The position numbers and the translations under genes were made by a program. A DNA stretch of 64,000 nucleotides from Planctomycetota bacterium (GTDB taxonomy: Bacteria; Planctomycetota; UBA8108; SXIK01): positions 7,040,001-7,104,000 of the forward strand of contig CBDCXR010000004.1 of assembly GCA_965223845.1 (NCBI GenBank), written 5' to 3'. Positions 30,097-39,599 of this stretch are shown here, in pieces. The notes under the pieces were generated by a model that had not been told where the DNA came from, did not search any database, and saw only the letters and a list, made by a program, of their open reading frames with translations. The first letter of the stretch is position 1. Every line of letters begins with the position of its first letter.

Positions 30097-31593
30097 ATGA
30101 TTCGAGCAGTGCGATTCGAGCGTGGCGCGGCGTTGGTCTGCGCCGCCTTAGCGACGGCGTCGGCGGTCGCGGAGGAGTGGGCGGTGGTCGGTGCGCGGCA
30201 GATGGGAATGGGCGGGGCGGGCGTTGCGCTCACTCGCGGCTCGATGAGCACCTACTGGAATCCCGCGGCACTCGCGGCGCCGGACGGCGCCGCCGGAGTA
30301 TTCGGTCCCTGGGACGCGACACTGAGCGCGAGCGCGAGCGCGGGTGCGGTCGGGGGAGTGATCGATACCGTCGACAGCACCGCGGGAATCGTCGATGACC
30401 TCGGAGACTTTGCGGACCTCGAAGCGCGACTCAGCGATCCAGGTCAGCTTCTGAACGCGACCGAGACCCAGCAGATCCTGAAGCTGCTCACCGAAGAGAT
30501 TCCCGACCTCAACGAGCCGGGCTCCGGACTGATCGTGAACGGCAGTGTGTCGCTCGCGGCGCGCTACGGCTACTTCGGCGTGTCGGTGATGGGATTTGCG
30601 TACGGCGGTGGCGCGACGGTCGTCGACTTCGGCGGTCTCGCGCTCGGCGACGACGGGCTCGCGGGAGTCATCGGCGCGGGCGCAGACCGAACCGGCGCTC
30701 TCAGTCCCGAGGGTCAGGCGTTCGCGGACGCGCTCGTCGGCAAGGGACTCGCGGCGCAGAACCAAGCCGAAGAGCTCGTCTTCCAGGCCGAGCAGGGCGG
30801 TGTGAACGTCGGCGATCCGGGGGTTCAGGCTCGGTTCGAAGACGTGCTCCAAGCCACGCAAGCGAACGTCGGTGGAACGCCGGATGAGTTCTTCACGCAG
30901 AATGACAGCGGAGTCCACCTGCGCGGAATCCTTCTCGAGGAGTACGGCCTCTCCTTCGCTTACCCGTTCTTCGACATCGTTAGTGTGGGCGTCACGGGGA
31001 AGTTGATGTACGGGCAGACGTACTTCGAACCGTTTCGACTCGGCGAGCTCGAAGACGTCGAGAATCTCGTCGACAACCTCTACGACTCGTCGAACGACAT
31101 GGACGAATCTCTCACCTACGGCATCGACGTCGGGGTCCTCCTTCAGCCAGTGAACGGGTTCTCGCTCGGAGTCGTCGCGCGAAACGTCAATCGCCCGCGC
31201 TTCGACTTCGACGGCGCGGGAGACTACGTTCTGGAGCCGCAGATCCGGGCGGGCGTCGGAGTAGCCGTACCGGGCACGGGACTGTCACTCGCGGTCGACG
31301 TCGATCTCTTCGAGAACGAATCGGAGGCCCTACCCGGCTATGACTCGCAGTTGATCGCCGCCGGTCTCGAGTGGGCGATCTTCGAGACGCTCCTTCTTCG
31401 CGGCGGCGTGTCGAAGAACTTCGTCGAGACGAACGAAGGTGTCGTCGTTCACGCCGGTTTGGGGTTGAGCGTCCTCGGAATGGCGATCGAGTTCGCCGGA
31501 AGCATGTCGACCAAGTTCACCGACGTGAGCGGGAACGACGTGCCCGAGCGAGCGGGGGCGAGCCTCTTCTTCGGGATCAATCTGCCTCTCTGA
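30097..31593 (+). CDS. TraF-like (TraF_2/FadL-related) outer-membrane beta-barrel protein
   Basis: Signal peptide then GARQMGMGGAGVA..YWNPAALA; C-terminal amphipathic beta strands. Confidence 0.75.
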   Translation: MIRAVRFERGAALVCAALATASAVAEEWAVVGARQMGMGGAGVALTRGSMSTYWNPAALAAPDGAAGVFGPWDATLSASASAGAVGGVIDTVDSTAGIVDDLGDFADLEARLSDPGQLLNATETQQILKLLTEEIPDLNEPGSGLIVNGSVSLAARYGYFGVSVMGFAYGGGATVVDFGGLALGDDGLAGVIGAGADRTGALSPEGQAFADALVGKGLAAQNQAEELVFQAEQGGVNVGDPGVQARFEDVLQATQANVGGTPDEFFTQNDSGVHLRGILLEEYGLSFAYPFFDIVSVGVTGKLMYGQTYFEPFRLGELEDVENLVDNLYDSSNDMDESLTYGIDVGVLLQPVNGFSLGVVARNVNRPRFDFDGAGDYVLEPQIRAGVGVAVPGTGLSLAVDVDLFENESEALPGYDSQLIAAGLEWAIFETLLLRGGVSKNFVETNEGVVVHAGLGLSVLGMAIEFAGSMSTKFTDVSGNDVPERAGASLFFGINLPL

Positions 31594-31609
31594 GGCGTTC
31601 GGTCGAGCA

Positions 31610-33166
31610 TCAGTTCGAGCAACGAATCTCCACTGGGAGCGATTGTCCTCCCGAGGGAACGTCGACCGAGCTCGCGCTCCCCTTCTCTTCGCCCCCGGCG
31701 AGGAGCGTGACGGAATACGTACCGGCCGGGACGCGAGCGAGCTCGAGGCGTCCGCGCAGACCCGACGGACGGTAGGTCTTGTCGAAAGGCTCGCCGTTCG
31801 CACGTACCCCGCGCACGCGAACGGTCGCACCGGTCACGTCGCATTCGTCTGCAATCGCACCGACGATCGATCCCGGCTGCGTGACGGTGTGGATTCGCTC
31901 CTCGCCGCCGTCGAGTGTCACCGCATCGACAACGACCCGGTCGTAGCGACGTCCACCGAGTGTGAGTGTGTACTCACCGGCCGGTAGCCCAGTGAACGAG
32001 AATCGTCCGGATTCATCTGCGGACGCAATCAGCTCGCACGCCGGTCTAAGGTCGCGGTCGTTCTCCGGTCGCAGTCGAACCTCGCAGAGAAGCGCCGGCT
32101 TTCCGGCCTCCTCGACGACCCGCCCGCTGATCGTGCCCGACTCATCCGGGAGCGAGATGAGCAGCGGCTCTTCCGGGTCGCCCGGCCGGATGTGTCTCGC
32201 GCGCGAGAATCCGCGGTCCCGCGTCACGGCGACAACCGAGTACGTCCCGCGCGCGAGTCGAGAAAACTCGACGTCTCCCTGCGTCGTCGTTTGCAGAGTG
32301 CGACTCGAATCGGAGCCCTCCCCTTCCGGATGGATCGAGACGCGCGCGCCGCGGACGGGTTCGCCGCGCGCATCGACGACGCGCACCCGGAGAGTCTCGC
32401 CGCGATCGAGAGTGAGCTCGATCTCGCCGCGCTCGGCGTCGGCACGGCTGAGCATCGCCGTTCCATCGCGGAATCCCTCCATCGAGACCCGCAGACGAGA
32501 GCTCCACTCGCCGTCTCCAGCGGGAAGGAAGCCGCTGAGTCGAAGCGTGCCGTCCGCGCCGGCGCGGCCCGATCGGCGGGCAGCGATCCCGTGCGTCCGA
32601 CCCTCGAGCCGGATGCGAGCGCCCGGGACGGGGGTGCCGTTCTCGTCGAGAACGCGGACGAGGAACCCCGGATCTCGCGGAAGCTCGATTGCGAGGGGCT
32701 CGCGCGGGATCGCGATCTCCGTTCGCGCGAGACGAAAGGACGGCGCTCCCGCGACGCATCGCCACGTTCCGGGGCGCAGTCCGCGGGCGAGAAAGCGGCC
32801 GTCGGCATCGGTTCGAGTCTGCGCGTTTTCGGGCCCCGCGCCGTCGAGCCGACTGAGGCGCACGGTCGCGCCGGCGATCGGATCGCCGTCTAGAGTCGTG
32901 ACGCGGCCGGCGAGATCGGCGCGGTCGCGGGTCTCCCCGGCGGTCGTCGGTGCCGGCGCTTCGTTCTCGGTCCTCGTGGCCTGAGCACCCGCGTTCGCGT
33001 TCGCATCCGGCGTCACGCTCGCCTCGGCGCGCGGTGGTGTCTCCGGTCGTTCGGGCGGATCTCGATCGCCTTCGCTTTTCGAGGGTGCGAGCGCGAGTCT
33101 GAACGTGAGGACGACGAGGAGAGCCGCTACGGCCATCGAGACGGTGCGGATTCTCGTGGTCGCCAT
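31610..33166 (-). CDS. carboxypeptidase-regulatory-like domain repeat protein, membrane anchored
   Basis: Repeats such as GRVTTLDGDPIAGATV..TDADGRF..GLRPG, RVLDENGTPVPGARI, RVVDARGEPVRGARV. Confidence 0.85.
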   Translation of the reverse strand: MATTRIRTVSMAVAALLVVLTFRLALAPSKSEGDRDPPERPETPPRAEASVTPDANANAGAQATRTENEAPAPTTAGETRDRADLAGRVTTLDGDPIAGATVRLSRLDGAGPENAQTRTDADGRFLARGLRPGTWRCVAGAPSFRLARTEIAIPREPLAIELPRDPGFLVRVLDENGTPVPGARIRLEGRTHGIAARRSGRAGADGTLRLSGFLPAGDGEWSSRLRVSMEGFRDGTAMLSRADAERGEIELTLDRGETLRVRVVDARGEPVRGARVSIHPEGEGSDSSRTLQTTTQGDVEFSRLARGTYSVVAVTRDRGFSRARHIRPGDPEEPLLISLPDESGTISGRVVEEAGKPALLCEVRLRPENDRDLRPACELIASADESGRFSFTGLPAGEYTLTLGGRRYDRVVVDAVTLDGGEERIHTVTQPGSIVGAIADECDVTGATVRVRGVRANGEPFDKTYRPSGLRGRLELARVPAGTYSVTLLAGGEEKGSASSVDVPSGGQSLPVEIRCSN

Positions 33167-33207
33167 GGCGGACTCCGGAAGTGGTTGAGCGATTCCTGCC
33201 CGCGGCG

Positions 33208-34485
33208 CTAGTCGACTCGAAGCACGACCGTGCCGCTCCCGCCTCCCGCGGTGCAGCTCGAGCTTCCGGCTTCGAGCGCGAACGGTCCCTCGAACGACGC
33301 GAGGAGCTGCGCTTCGTTCGCGACGTTGAAGAATCGCACGTTCGATTCGCTCGCCGCGATGACGCCCGGAACATCGTAAGAGTAGTAGCCTACGACATAC
33401 TCGATCGCGTCGGGAGGCATCGCGCAGAGGCAGTCGAGGCCGGACCCGATCGGCTCCGGGTAAAAATCGATCGGCACGCCTGCGTTGACGACCGAGAAGA
33501 TCTCGTGGCTCGACTGATTGAGCGGAAGCGGCGCGAAGAACGTGTCGTCACCGATCACGTGATCCGCGCAAAAGCGCACGCCGTCGCCGGGTGCGATGCC
33601 GTCGGTCGGCCAGATCCCACCGATGATCTCGCCCATTTCGATGTCGAATCCGTCGTCGTCCTGCCCGGCGACCGGCGGAATGTTCTCGAAATCGAGCGCG
33701 AAGCCGGCTTCGGTCTCGAAGCTTCCCACACTGAGAGCGGGGACGACGAGGACCGATTCGTCGCCGCCGTCGAGAAAGATCGCAACGTCGGTGACGAGGT
33801 TGTTCTCGATCTCGACGAGGACGAGATCCCCAGTTCCGGGGGCGGGATCGCTCGAGCAACTGTCGGCCGTGCGCGTCGCGATTCCCGCGGTGATCTGGTA
33901 GTCGCCGACGAGGGCGTTGCCGCAGTTTCCGATGAGGCCGACGATCCCTTGTCCGATCCGAAAATCGGAGAAGCTGCCATCCGCTTCCAGAGTTCCCGAG
34001 TAGACGTTTACGAGATGGAGCTCACACGTGTCTCCATTCGCGAGAAGCTGGACCGACTTGAACGCGGTGTAGACCGTGAACTCGTCCCCGCTCCCTTCGA
34101 TGAACGATCGAGCGCCGCCGTCGACCGCGGTCGCTTCGATCACTTCGACGTCGAGCGATGCCCCCGCCGCCGTGCCGAGGCAGAACTGAGCGATGGCGTC
34201 GTCGCCGATTAGATTCTGCGGGCCGACGTTGGCGATGATCGTTCCGTCGGCGTCGTACCTCCCGGCGACATCCGGCGGCGAGCCTCCGGCGTTGCGGCCG
34301 GTGCGATCGAGGAGAACCTGAACCACCTCGTTATCCAAATAGTCGGCGATCGATTGCAGGTCGGCGACGACGATTCCTGGTTCGATAACGAGGACCACGT
34401 CGTCGTCGTGGTCGTGACAGGCGCTCGTCGCCAGACTGAACGCCGCCAGCGCCGAGAGAGCCCATGCTCGCGATTTCAGTGACAT
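33208..34485 (-). CDS. acidic lipoprotein, hypothetical
   Basis: MSLKSRAWALSALAAFSLATSAC lipobox; several Cys; start revised to ATG 34485. Confidence 0.7.
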   Translation of the reverse strand: MSLKSRAWALSALAAFSLATSACHDHDDDVVLVIEPGIVVADLQSIADYLDNEVVQVLLDRTGRNAGGSPPDVAGRYDADGTIIANVGPQNLIGDDAIAQFCLGTAAGASLDVEVIEATAVDGGARSFIEGSGDEFTVYTAFKSVQLLANGDTCELHLVNVYSGTLEADGSFSDFRIGQGIVGLIGNCGNALVGDYQITAGIATRTADSCSSDPAPGTGDLVLVEIENNLVTDVAIFLDGGDESVLVVPALSVGSFETEAGFALDFENIPPVAGQDDDGFDIEMGEIIGGIWPTDGIAPGDGVRFCADHVIGDDTFFAPLPLNQSSHEIFSVVNAGVPIDFYPEPIGSGLDCLCAMPPDAIEYVVGYYSYDVPGVIAASESNVRFFNVANEAQLLASFEGPFALEAGSSSCTAGGGSGTVVLRVD

Positions 34486-34696
34486 CGCCTTTTTCCCTCT
34501 TGGTCCGGCTTGGCTGAGTGTTCGCGACTCGGACCGTAGGACGTCCGGATGACCATCGCTCTTCAATCATAATCCATCGTGTCGTTTGGCCCCTGGACGG
34601 TTCGCGAAGCGTTCGGCGAACGCCGCCTCTGTTCGCTGCGCCGACCGCCATCGCCCGGAGTAGAATCCGGTCCCGATTTCGCGATAGAGTTCCATC

Positions 34697-35758
34697 ATGA
34701 GCTCTAGCGACCGGCCCAATTCTTCCCGCTCCGAGGCGACTCTGCGGGAAGTGCACTTATTCATGCGATTCGCCCGCGAGTGGGAGCTGCGTTTCGAAAA
34801 GCTCCTGCGAACGGGGTCGATCTCGAAGTGGTACAGTGCCGTCGGGAACGAAGCGCTGACGGTTTCTGCGGCGCAGGCGATCGAGCGGGGAGACGCACTC
34901 CTCAGCTTGCATCGCGATTCCGGAGCGATCCTCCGCTACTACCTGGAGCCCGCGGACGTTCTTCCCGGGGAGTTTTCGTCCCCACCTGCGAGCGGGCGAC
35001 GCGGACTCCGCGCCGATGGCCGCGCGCTTCTCGATCGGCTCGCGAGCCAGGTGCTCGGAAGGGCGGACGGATTTACGGGCGGATTCGATCGGTCCTATCA
35101 CTACAACTACTGCGACGACGAAGCCGGAGCCGTTCACGTCGGAATGATCAGCCACCTCGGCGCGATGCTCCCGGTTGCGACCGGAATCGCTCTCGCTCTC
35201 GAGCGCGCAGCGAACCATCGCGTCGCGCTCGCGTTCATCGGCGACGGGGGAACGTCGACGGGCGATTTCCACGAGGCGCTCAATCTAGCGGCGGTGATGC
35301 GATTGCCACTCATCGTCGTGATCGAGAATAACGGCTACGCGTTCTCGACCGCGACGTCGGAGCAGTACGCGTGTGCGTCGCTCGCGCTTCGAGGTGCCGG
35401 CTACGGAGTTCCCGGAGTGGAAGTCGACGGTGGGAATGTGCGCGATGTTCTCGCGGCGGTAGCGGACGCCGTCGGGCGCGCACGCGCGGGCGAGGGACCG
35501 ACTCTCATCGAGGCGCGAGTCGGGCGGATGAGGGGGCATTCGGAAGGGGATGACTCCGCGAAGTTTGTCGTCGACGACGGTGTTGTCGATCCGCTCGAGA
35601 GCTTCGAGCGCGAGCTCGTCGAGCGCGGAGCGGCGCGAGAGGACGATCTCCTACGACTGGCCGAGCACTGCGCGAGCTGTGTTCTGGACGTGGTGGATCG
35701 TGCGCTCGCGCGGCCCAGTCCGAATCCCGGCGCGGAGCGGCCGATCTATGCCGAGTGA
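34697..35758 (+). CDS. TPP-dependent 2-oxoacid dehydrogenase E1 alpha subunit
   Basis: GDGGTSTGDFHEALN..IENN TPP motif; RMRGHSEGD. Confidence 0.92.
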   Translation: MSSSDRPNSSRSEATLREVHLFMRFAREWELRFEKLLRTGSISKWYSAVGNEALTVSAAQAIERGDALLSLHRDSGAILRYYLEPADVLPGEFSSPPASGRRGLRADGRALLDRLASQVLGRADGFTGGFDRSYHYNYCDDEAGAVHVGMISHLGAMLPVATGIALALERAANHRVALAFIGDGGTSTGDFHEALNLAAVMRLPLIVVIENNGYAFSTATSEQYACASLALRGAGYGVPGVEVDGGNVRDVLAAVADAVGRARAGEGPTLIEARVGRMRGHSEGDDSAKFVVDDGVVDPLESFERELVERGAAREDDLLRLAEHCASCVLDVVDRALARPSPNPGAERPIYAE

Positions 35759-36743
35759 ACCTCAAGAGCTGTCGTTTCTCGAGGCGATCTCCGCGGCGCT
35801 GCGCGACGCGATGCGAACGGACCCGAGCGTGGTTCTCCTCGGGCAGGACATCGCGGAGTACGGCGGCGCGTTCAAGGTGACGCGCGGGTTCATCGAGGAG
35901 TTTGGTCGCGAACGAGTCATCAACACTCCAATCGCCGAGTCGGGCATGATCGGCGCTGCGATCGGTGCGGCCGTCCTCGGTCTCCGTCCCGTCGTCGAGA
36001 TGCAGTTTTCGGACTTCGTGACCTGCGGCTTCAACCAAGTCGTGAATGTCGCCGCCAAGATGTACTGGCGAACGGGAACTCGCGTTCCGCTCGTCCTTCG
36101 CTGCCCCGTGGGGGCCGGTGCCGGCGCCGGGCCGTTTCACTCGCAGAGCATGGAGGCGTGGTTCACTCACGTCCCGGGTCTCAAGGTCGTCTATCCGAGT
36201 GAGGTGGCCGACGCGTACGGGCTTCTTCGCGCCGCGATCGCCGATCCGAATCCCGTCGTTTTTTTTGAGCACAAACACCTCTACCGGCGGCTGAAGGCCC
36301 CGCGCGAGGAACTCGACGGTGAACCGAAAGCGCGTGTTGAGCCCACGGCGAGATTTCGTCTCGAGGGCGAGGACGCCGTCGTCATCACCTACGGCCGCTG
36401 CGTCCACCTCGCGCTCGAGGCCGCGCAGCGCCTCGGCGGCGATGGGCATCGCGTCGGAGTGCTCGACGTCTCTACTCTTGCACCGCTGGCGTCGGATGTC
36501 GTCCTCGAGGGGGTGAAGCGCGCGAATCGCGTGCTCGTCGTCCACGAGGCGACCCTCACCGGTGGATTCGGGGGAGAGATCGTTGCGCGCATCGCGGCCG
36601 AGGCGTTCGAATACCTCGACGCTCCGGTGCGCCGCTTGGCGTTCCCCGATTCGCCCGTACCGTTTCACAGGTCGCTCGAGGAACACGCGCTGCCGCGTGC
36701 CGAGACGATCACCGAGGCGCTGCGAGATCTGCTCGAGTGGTGA
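35748..36743 (+). CDS. 2-oxoacid dehydrogenase E1 beta subunit
   Basis: [37 protein letters not shown]; ATG 35748 overlaps the alpha stop. Confidence 0.93.
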   Translation: MPSEPQELSFLEAISAALRDAMRTDPSVVLLGQDIAEYGGAFKVTRGFIEEFGRERVINTPIAESGMIGAAIGAAVLGLRPVVEMQFSDFVTCGFNQVVNVAAKMYWRTGTRVPLVLRCPVGAGAGAGPFHSQSMEAWFTHVPGLKVVYPSEVADAYGLLRAAIADPNPVVFFEHKHLYRRLKAPREELDGEPKARVEPTARFRLEGEDAVVITYGRCVHLALEAAQRLGGDGHRVGVLDVSTLAPLASDVVLEGVKRANRVLVVHEATLTGGFGGEIVARIAAEAFEYLDAPVRRLAFPDSPVPFHRSLEEHALPRAETITEALRDLLEW

Positions 36744-36774
36744 ACGTCACCGCCGGCGATCTCGCTCTCAGCGG

Positions 36775-38850
36775 ATGGAAAGGATCTCCGTGTCGAACCC
36801 CGATCGCCGTGCGAATCGTCTTCAAAACGAAACCAGCCCGTACCTCCTTCAGCACGCGTACAATCCGGTCGACTGGTATCCCTGGGGTGACGAAGCCCTA
36901 GCGAAAGCGCGGGAACTCAATCGCCCGATCTTTCTCTCGGTGGGGTACTCGTCGTGTCACTGGTGCCACGTGATGGAGCGCGAGTCGTTCGAGGACGAGC
37001 GAACGGCTCAGCTCATGAACGACCAGTTCATCAATATCAAGGTCGACCGCGAGGAGCGCCCGGACGTCGACGCGCTCTACATGAGCGCAGTGCAGCTTCT
37101 CACCGGGTCGGGCGGCTGGCCGATGAGCGTGTTTCTCACCCCCGATCTCCGCCCGTTCTATGGGGGAACGTATTTTCCCCCGGTGAACGCGCACGGCCGG
37201 CCGAGCTTCGCGCAGGTGCTCACGACCCTCGCGCAGTTCTATCGCGATACTCCCGAGCGCATCGAAGAATCCGCCGCGACGATCACGGAGAAGCTCCGCA
37301 GCATGGAAGCGCCTCCCCTAGCGGGTGAGCTTCCCGCCGCGGATGCGGTCGACGGATTCGTCCGCTACACTCGCCGCAGCTTCGACGAGGAATTCGGCGG
37401 CTTCGGCGGCGCGCCGAAGTTCCCTCGATCGGTCGACCTCTCCGTTCTCCTTCGCGTGCACGTCCGCTCGAACGACGAGACGGCGCGCGCCCACTGTGAG
37501 ACGACGCTCGACTGCATGGCGCGCGGAGGGATGTACGACCAAGTCGGCGGCGGATTCCATCGCTATTCGGTCGACCGGTACTGGCTCGTTCCGCACTTCG
37601 AGAAGATGCTCTACGACAATGCACTGCTCGCGCGGACGTATCTCGAAGCGTATCAACTCACGAAGAAGCCGCTCTACGAGCGCATCGCGCGTGAGGTTCT
37701 CGACTACGTAGCGCGAGAGATGACGAGTCCTGAGGGCGGATTTTACTCGGCGACGGACGCCGACAGCGAAGGCGAGGAAGGCAAGTACTTCGTGTGGACG
37801 CCGGACGAAGTCGCGGAGGTCGTCGGCGAGGCGGAGGCGAGGGCGTTCTGCGCCTACTACGGCGTAACTCCGAGCGGAAACTTCGAGCACGGTACCAGTA
37901 TTCCGCACGTTGCGAAATCTCTCGATGAAACGGCGACAGCTCTCAACATGGAGGTGAGCGAGCTCGAAACGGCGCTCACCTCGGCGCGAACGAAGCTCTA
38001 CGCGAAACGGACCGAACGTGTTCCGCCGCTCCGAGATGACAAAGTCATCACCGCGTGGAACGCGCTGATGCTGTCCTCGTTCGCGCGGGCCGGTGCAGTC
38101 CTGGGCGAGTCGAAGTACATCGACGCCGCGACCACGGCGATGGCGTTTCTCCGCGAGAGGATGTGGCGAGACGGCGAGCTCTACCGCACGTACAAGGACG
38201 AACGGTGGGGCGCGCGTGCATTCCTCGACGACTACGCGTACGCGATCGAGGCGGCGATCGACGTCTACGAATCGACGTTCGATCGAGGCGCGCTCGCGTG
38301 GGCGCTCGAGCTGACCGAGGTCCTCGAGTCGTCATTCCTCGATCCTGCCGGCGGCGGGTACTTCTACACCGGGGACGACTACGAGGAGCTCCTCTGTCGG
38401 AAGCGGGACTACCTCGACAACGCGACGCCGGCGGGAAACGGCGTGATGGCGCTGAGTCTTCTCCGGCTCGAGCTCCTGACCGGAGAGACGCGCTTTCGCG
38501 CGCGCGCGGCCGAGATCTTGGCGGGCGCGGCACAGTACGTCGAGAAGGCGCCGATGGCGTGCGGCTACCTGTTCCTAGCTCTCGATTTCTTTCACGGCTC
38601 GCCGGTCGAGATCGCGGTGATCGGCGAACGCGCGATCGCGCGTCCGCTTCTCGAGGCTCTCCACTGCGAGTTCATTCCGGCGAGGGTGATCGCGGGGCGC
38701 GAATCCTCGCCACCCGACGGAAACGAGCTACCGCTCCTCGAAGGTCGAGGCGTTGAGGAGGGCGAGGCGACTGCTTTCGTCTGCAGGAATCGAGCCTGTC
38801 GTGAGCCGACCGGAGATCCGGCGCGGCTGCGTGTGCTCTTGCGCGAATGA
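36775..38850 (+). CDS. YyaL/SSP411 family thioredoxin-domain protein
   Basis: [53 protein letters not shown]. Confidence 0.93.
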   Translation: MERISVSNPDRRANRLQNETSPYLLQHAYNPVDWYPWGDEALAKARELNRPIFLSVGYSSCHWCHVMERESFEDERTAQLMNDQFINIKVDREERPDVDALYMSAVQLLTGSGGWPMSVFLTPDLRPFYGGTYFPPVNAHGRPSFAQVLTTLAQFYRDTPERIEESAATITEKLRSMEAPPLAGELPAADAVDGFVRYTRRSFDEEFGGFGGAPKFPRSVDLSVLLRVHVRSNDETARAHCETTLDCMARGGMYDQVGGGFHRYSVDRYWLVPHFEKMLYDNALLARTYLEAYQLTKKPLYERIAREVLDYVAREMTSPEGGFYSATDADSEGEEGKYFVWTPDEVAEVVGEAEARAFCAYYGVTPSGNFEHGTSIPHVAKSLDETATALNMEVSELETALTSARTKLYAKRTERVPPLRDDKVITAWNALMLSSFARAGAVLGESKYIDAATTAMAFLRERMWRDGELYRTYKDERWGARAFLDDYAYAIEAAIDVYESTFDRGALAWALELTEVLESSFLDPAGGGYFYTGDDYEELLCRKRDYLDNATPAGNGVMALSLLRLELLTGETRFRARAAEILAGAAQYVEKAPMACGYLFLALDFFHGSPVEIAVIGERAIARPLLEALHCEFIPARVIAGRESSPPDGNELPLLEGRGVEEGEATAFVCRNRACREPTGDPARLRVLLRE

Positions 38851-38982
38851 GGGGGAAACCTCGAGGAATCCGACCGATTCGCCAGTTCGGTTCCGGGATG
38901 GTAGTGTTTTTTCGGAAGACGGTTGCGCGGCGCTCGGGTCTCTGTCCCGGCGCCGCGGCACGAACCATCGCGAGACCGAGCC

Positions 38983-39240
38983 ATGAGCATCGACCCAACA
39001 GACTCTTGTCCCGATTTCTCCGCCCCCCGTCCGGGGGACCGATCGATCGAAGAGCGCGTCGCGCGCAAGCTGGCGAACCTTAGCCACGCTCTCGGAGAGA
39101 TCGAGGACTGGCTCGACGAGTCCGAGCGAAAGAGCGACGAGCTGCTCGGCGCGACGGGCGTGGGACTGCGGGTGTCGCCCGAGACCATCGACTTCTTCCA
39201 CGCGGTCGCGCGGTTTCGACCGGGGCTCGCACGTTCGTAG
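38983..39240 (+). CDS. small helical hypothetical protein (85 aa)
   Basis: Host-like codon usage, amphipathic helix; upstream extended -10 TGGTAGTGT. Confidence 0.55.
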   Translation: MSIDPTDSCPDFSAPRPGDRSIEERVARKLANLSHALGEIEDWLDESERKSDELLGATGVGLRVSPETIDFFHAVARFRPGLARS

Positions 39241-39599
39241 GTCGGACTCGGGCGCGAACTTGGCGGCTGTCGCGGTCGCGAGTCGGCGCGCGGATCCCTC
39301 CCGCGACTCAGCGTCTTCACCGCTGCGTGTGACCTCAAGGCTCGCTAGGAATCCGCGCGGGGCGAGGGCGCGAGGTCGATGCGGACGAGCCGGGAGCCGA
39401 GGCGATGCCGGAGAGCACCGCCCGGCGATCGCGGGGATCGCGTCGGCGAGCCTCGCGCCGCCGGCGGCTCCGCCGTTGACGTTCCGGACCCTCTCGGAAC
39501 CGCGTCGGGGGGGCGGGCGTCCCGAACGTCGAGGAAACGTCGAGATTCGGGCCCGCCGGATCGCTGAGGCACCGCCGGACTCGAGGTTACAATCGAGGT

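Noticed and set aside
30097-31593. TraF-like gene as evidence of an integrative conjugative element
   Set aside because: No integrase, relaxase, T4SS genes or visible composition shift.
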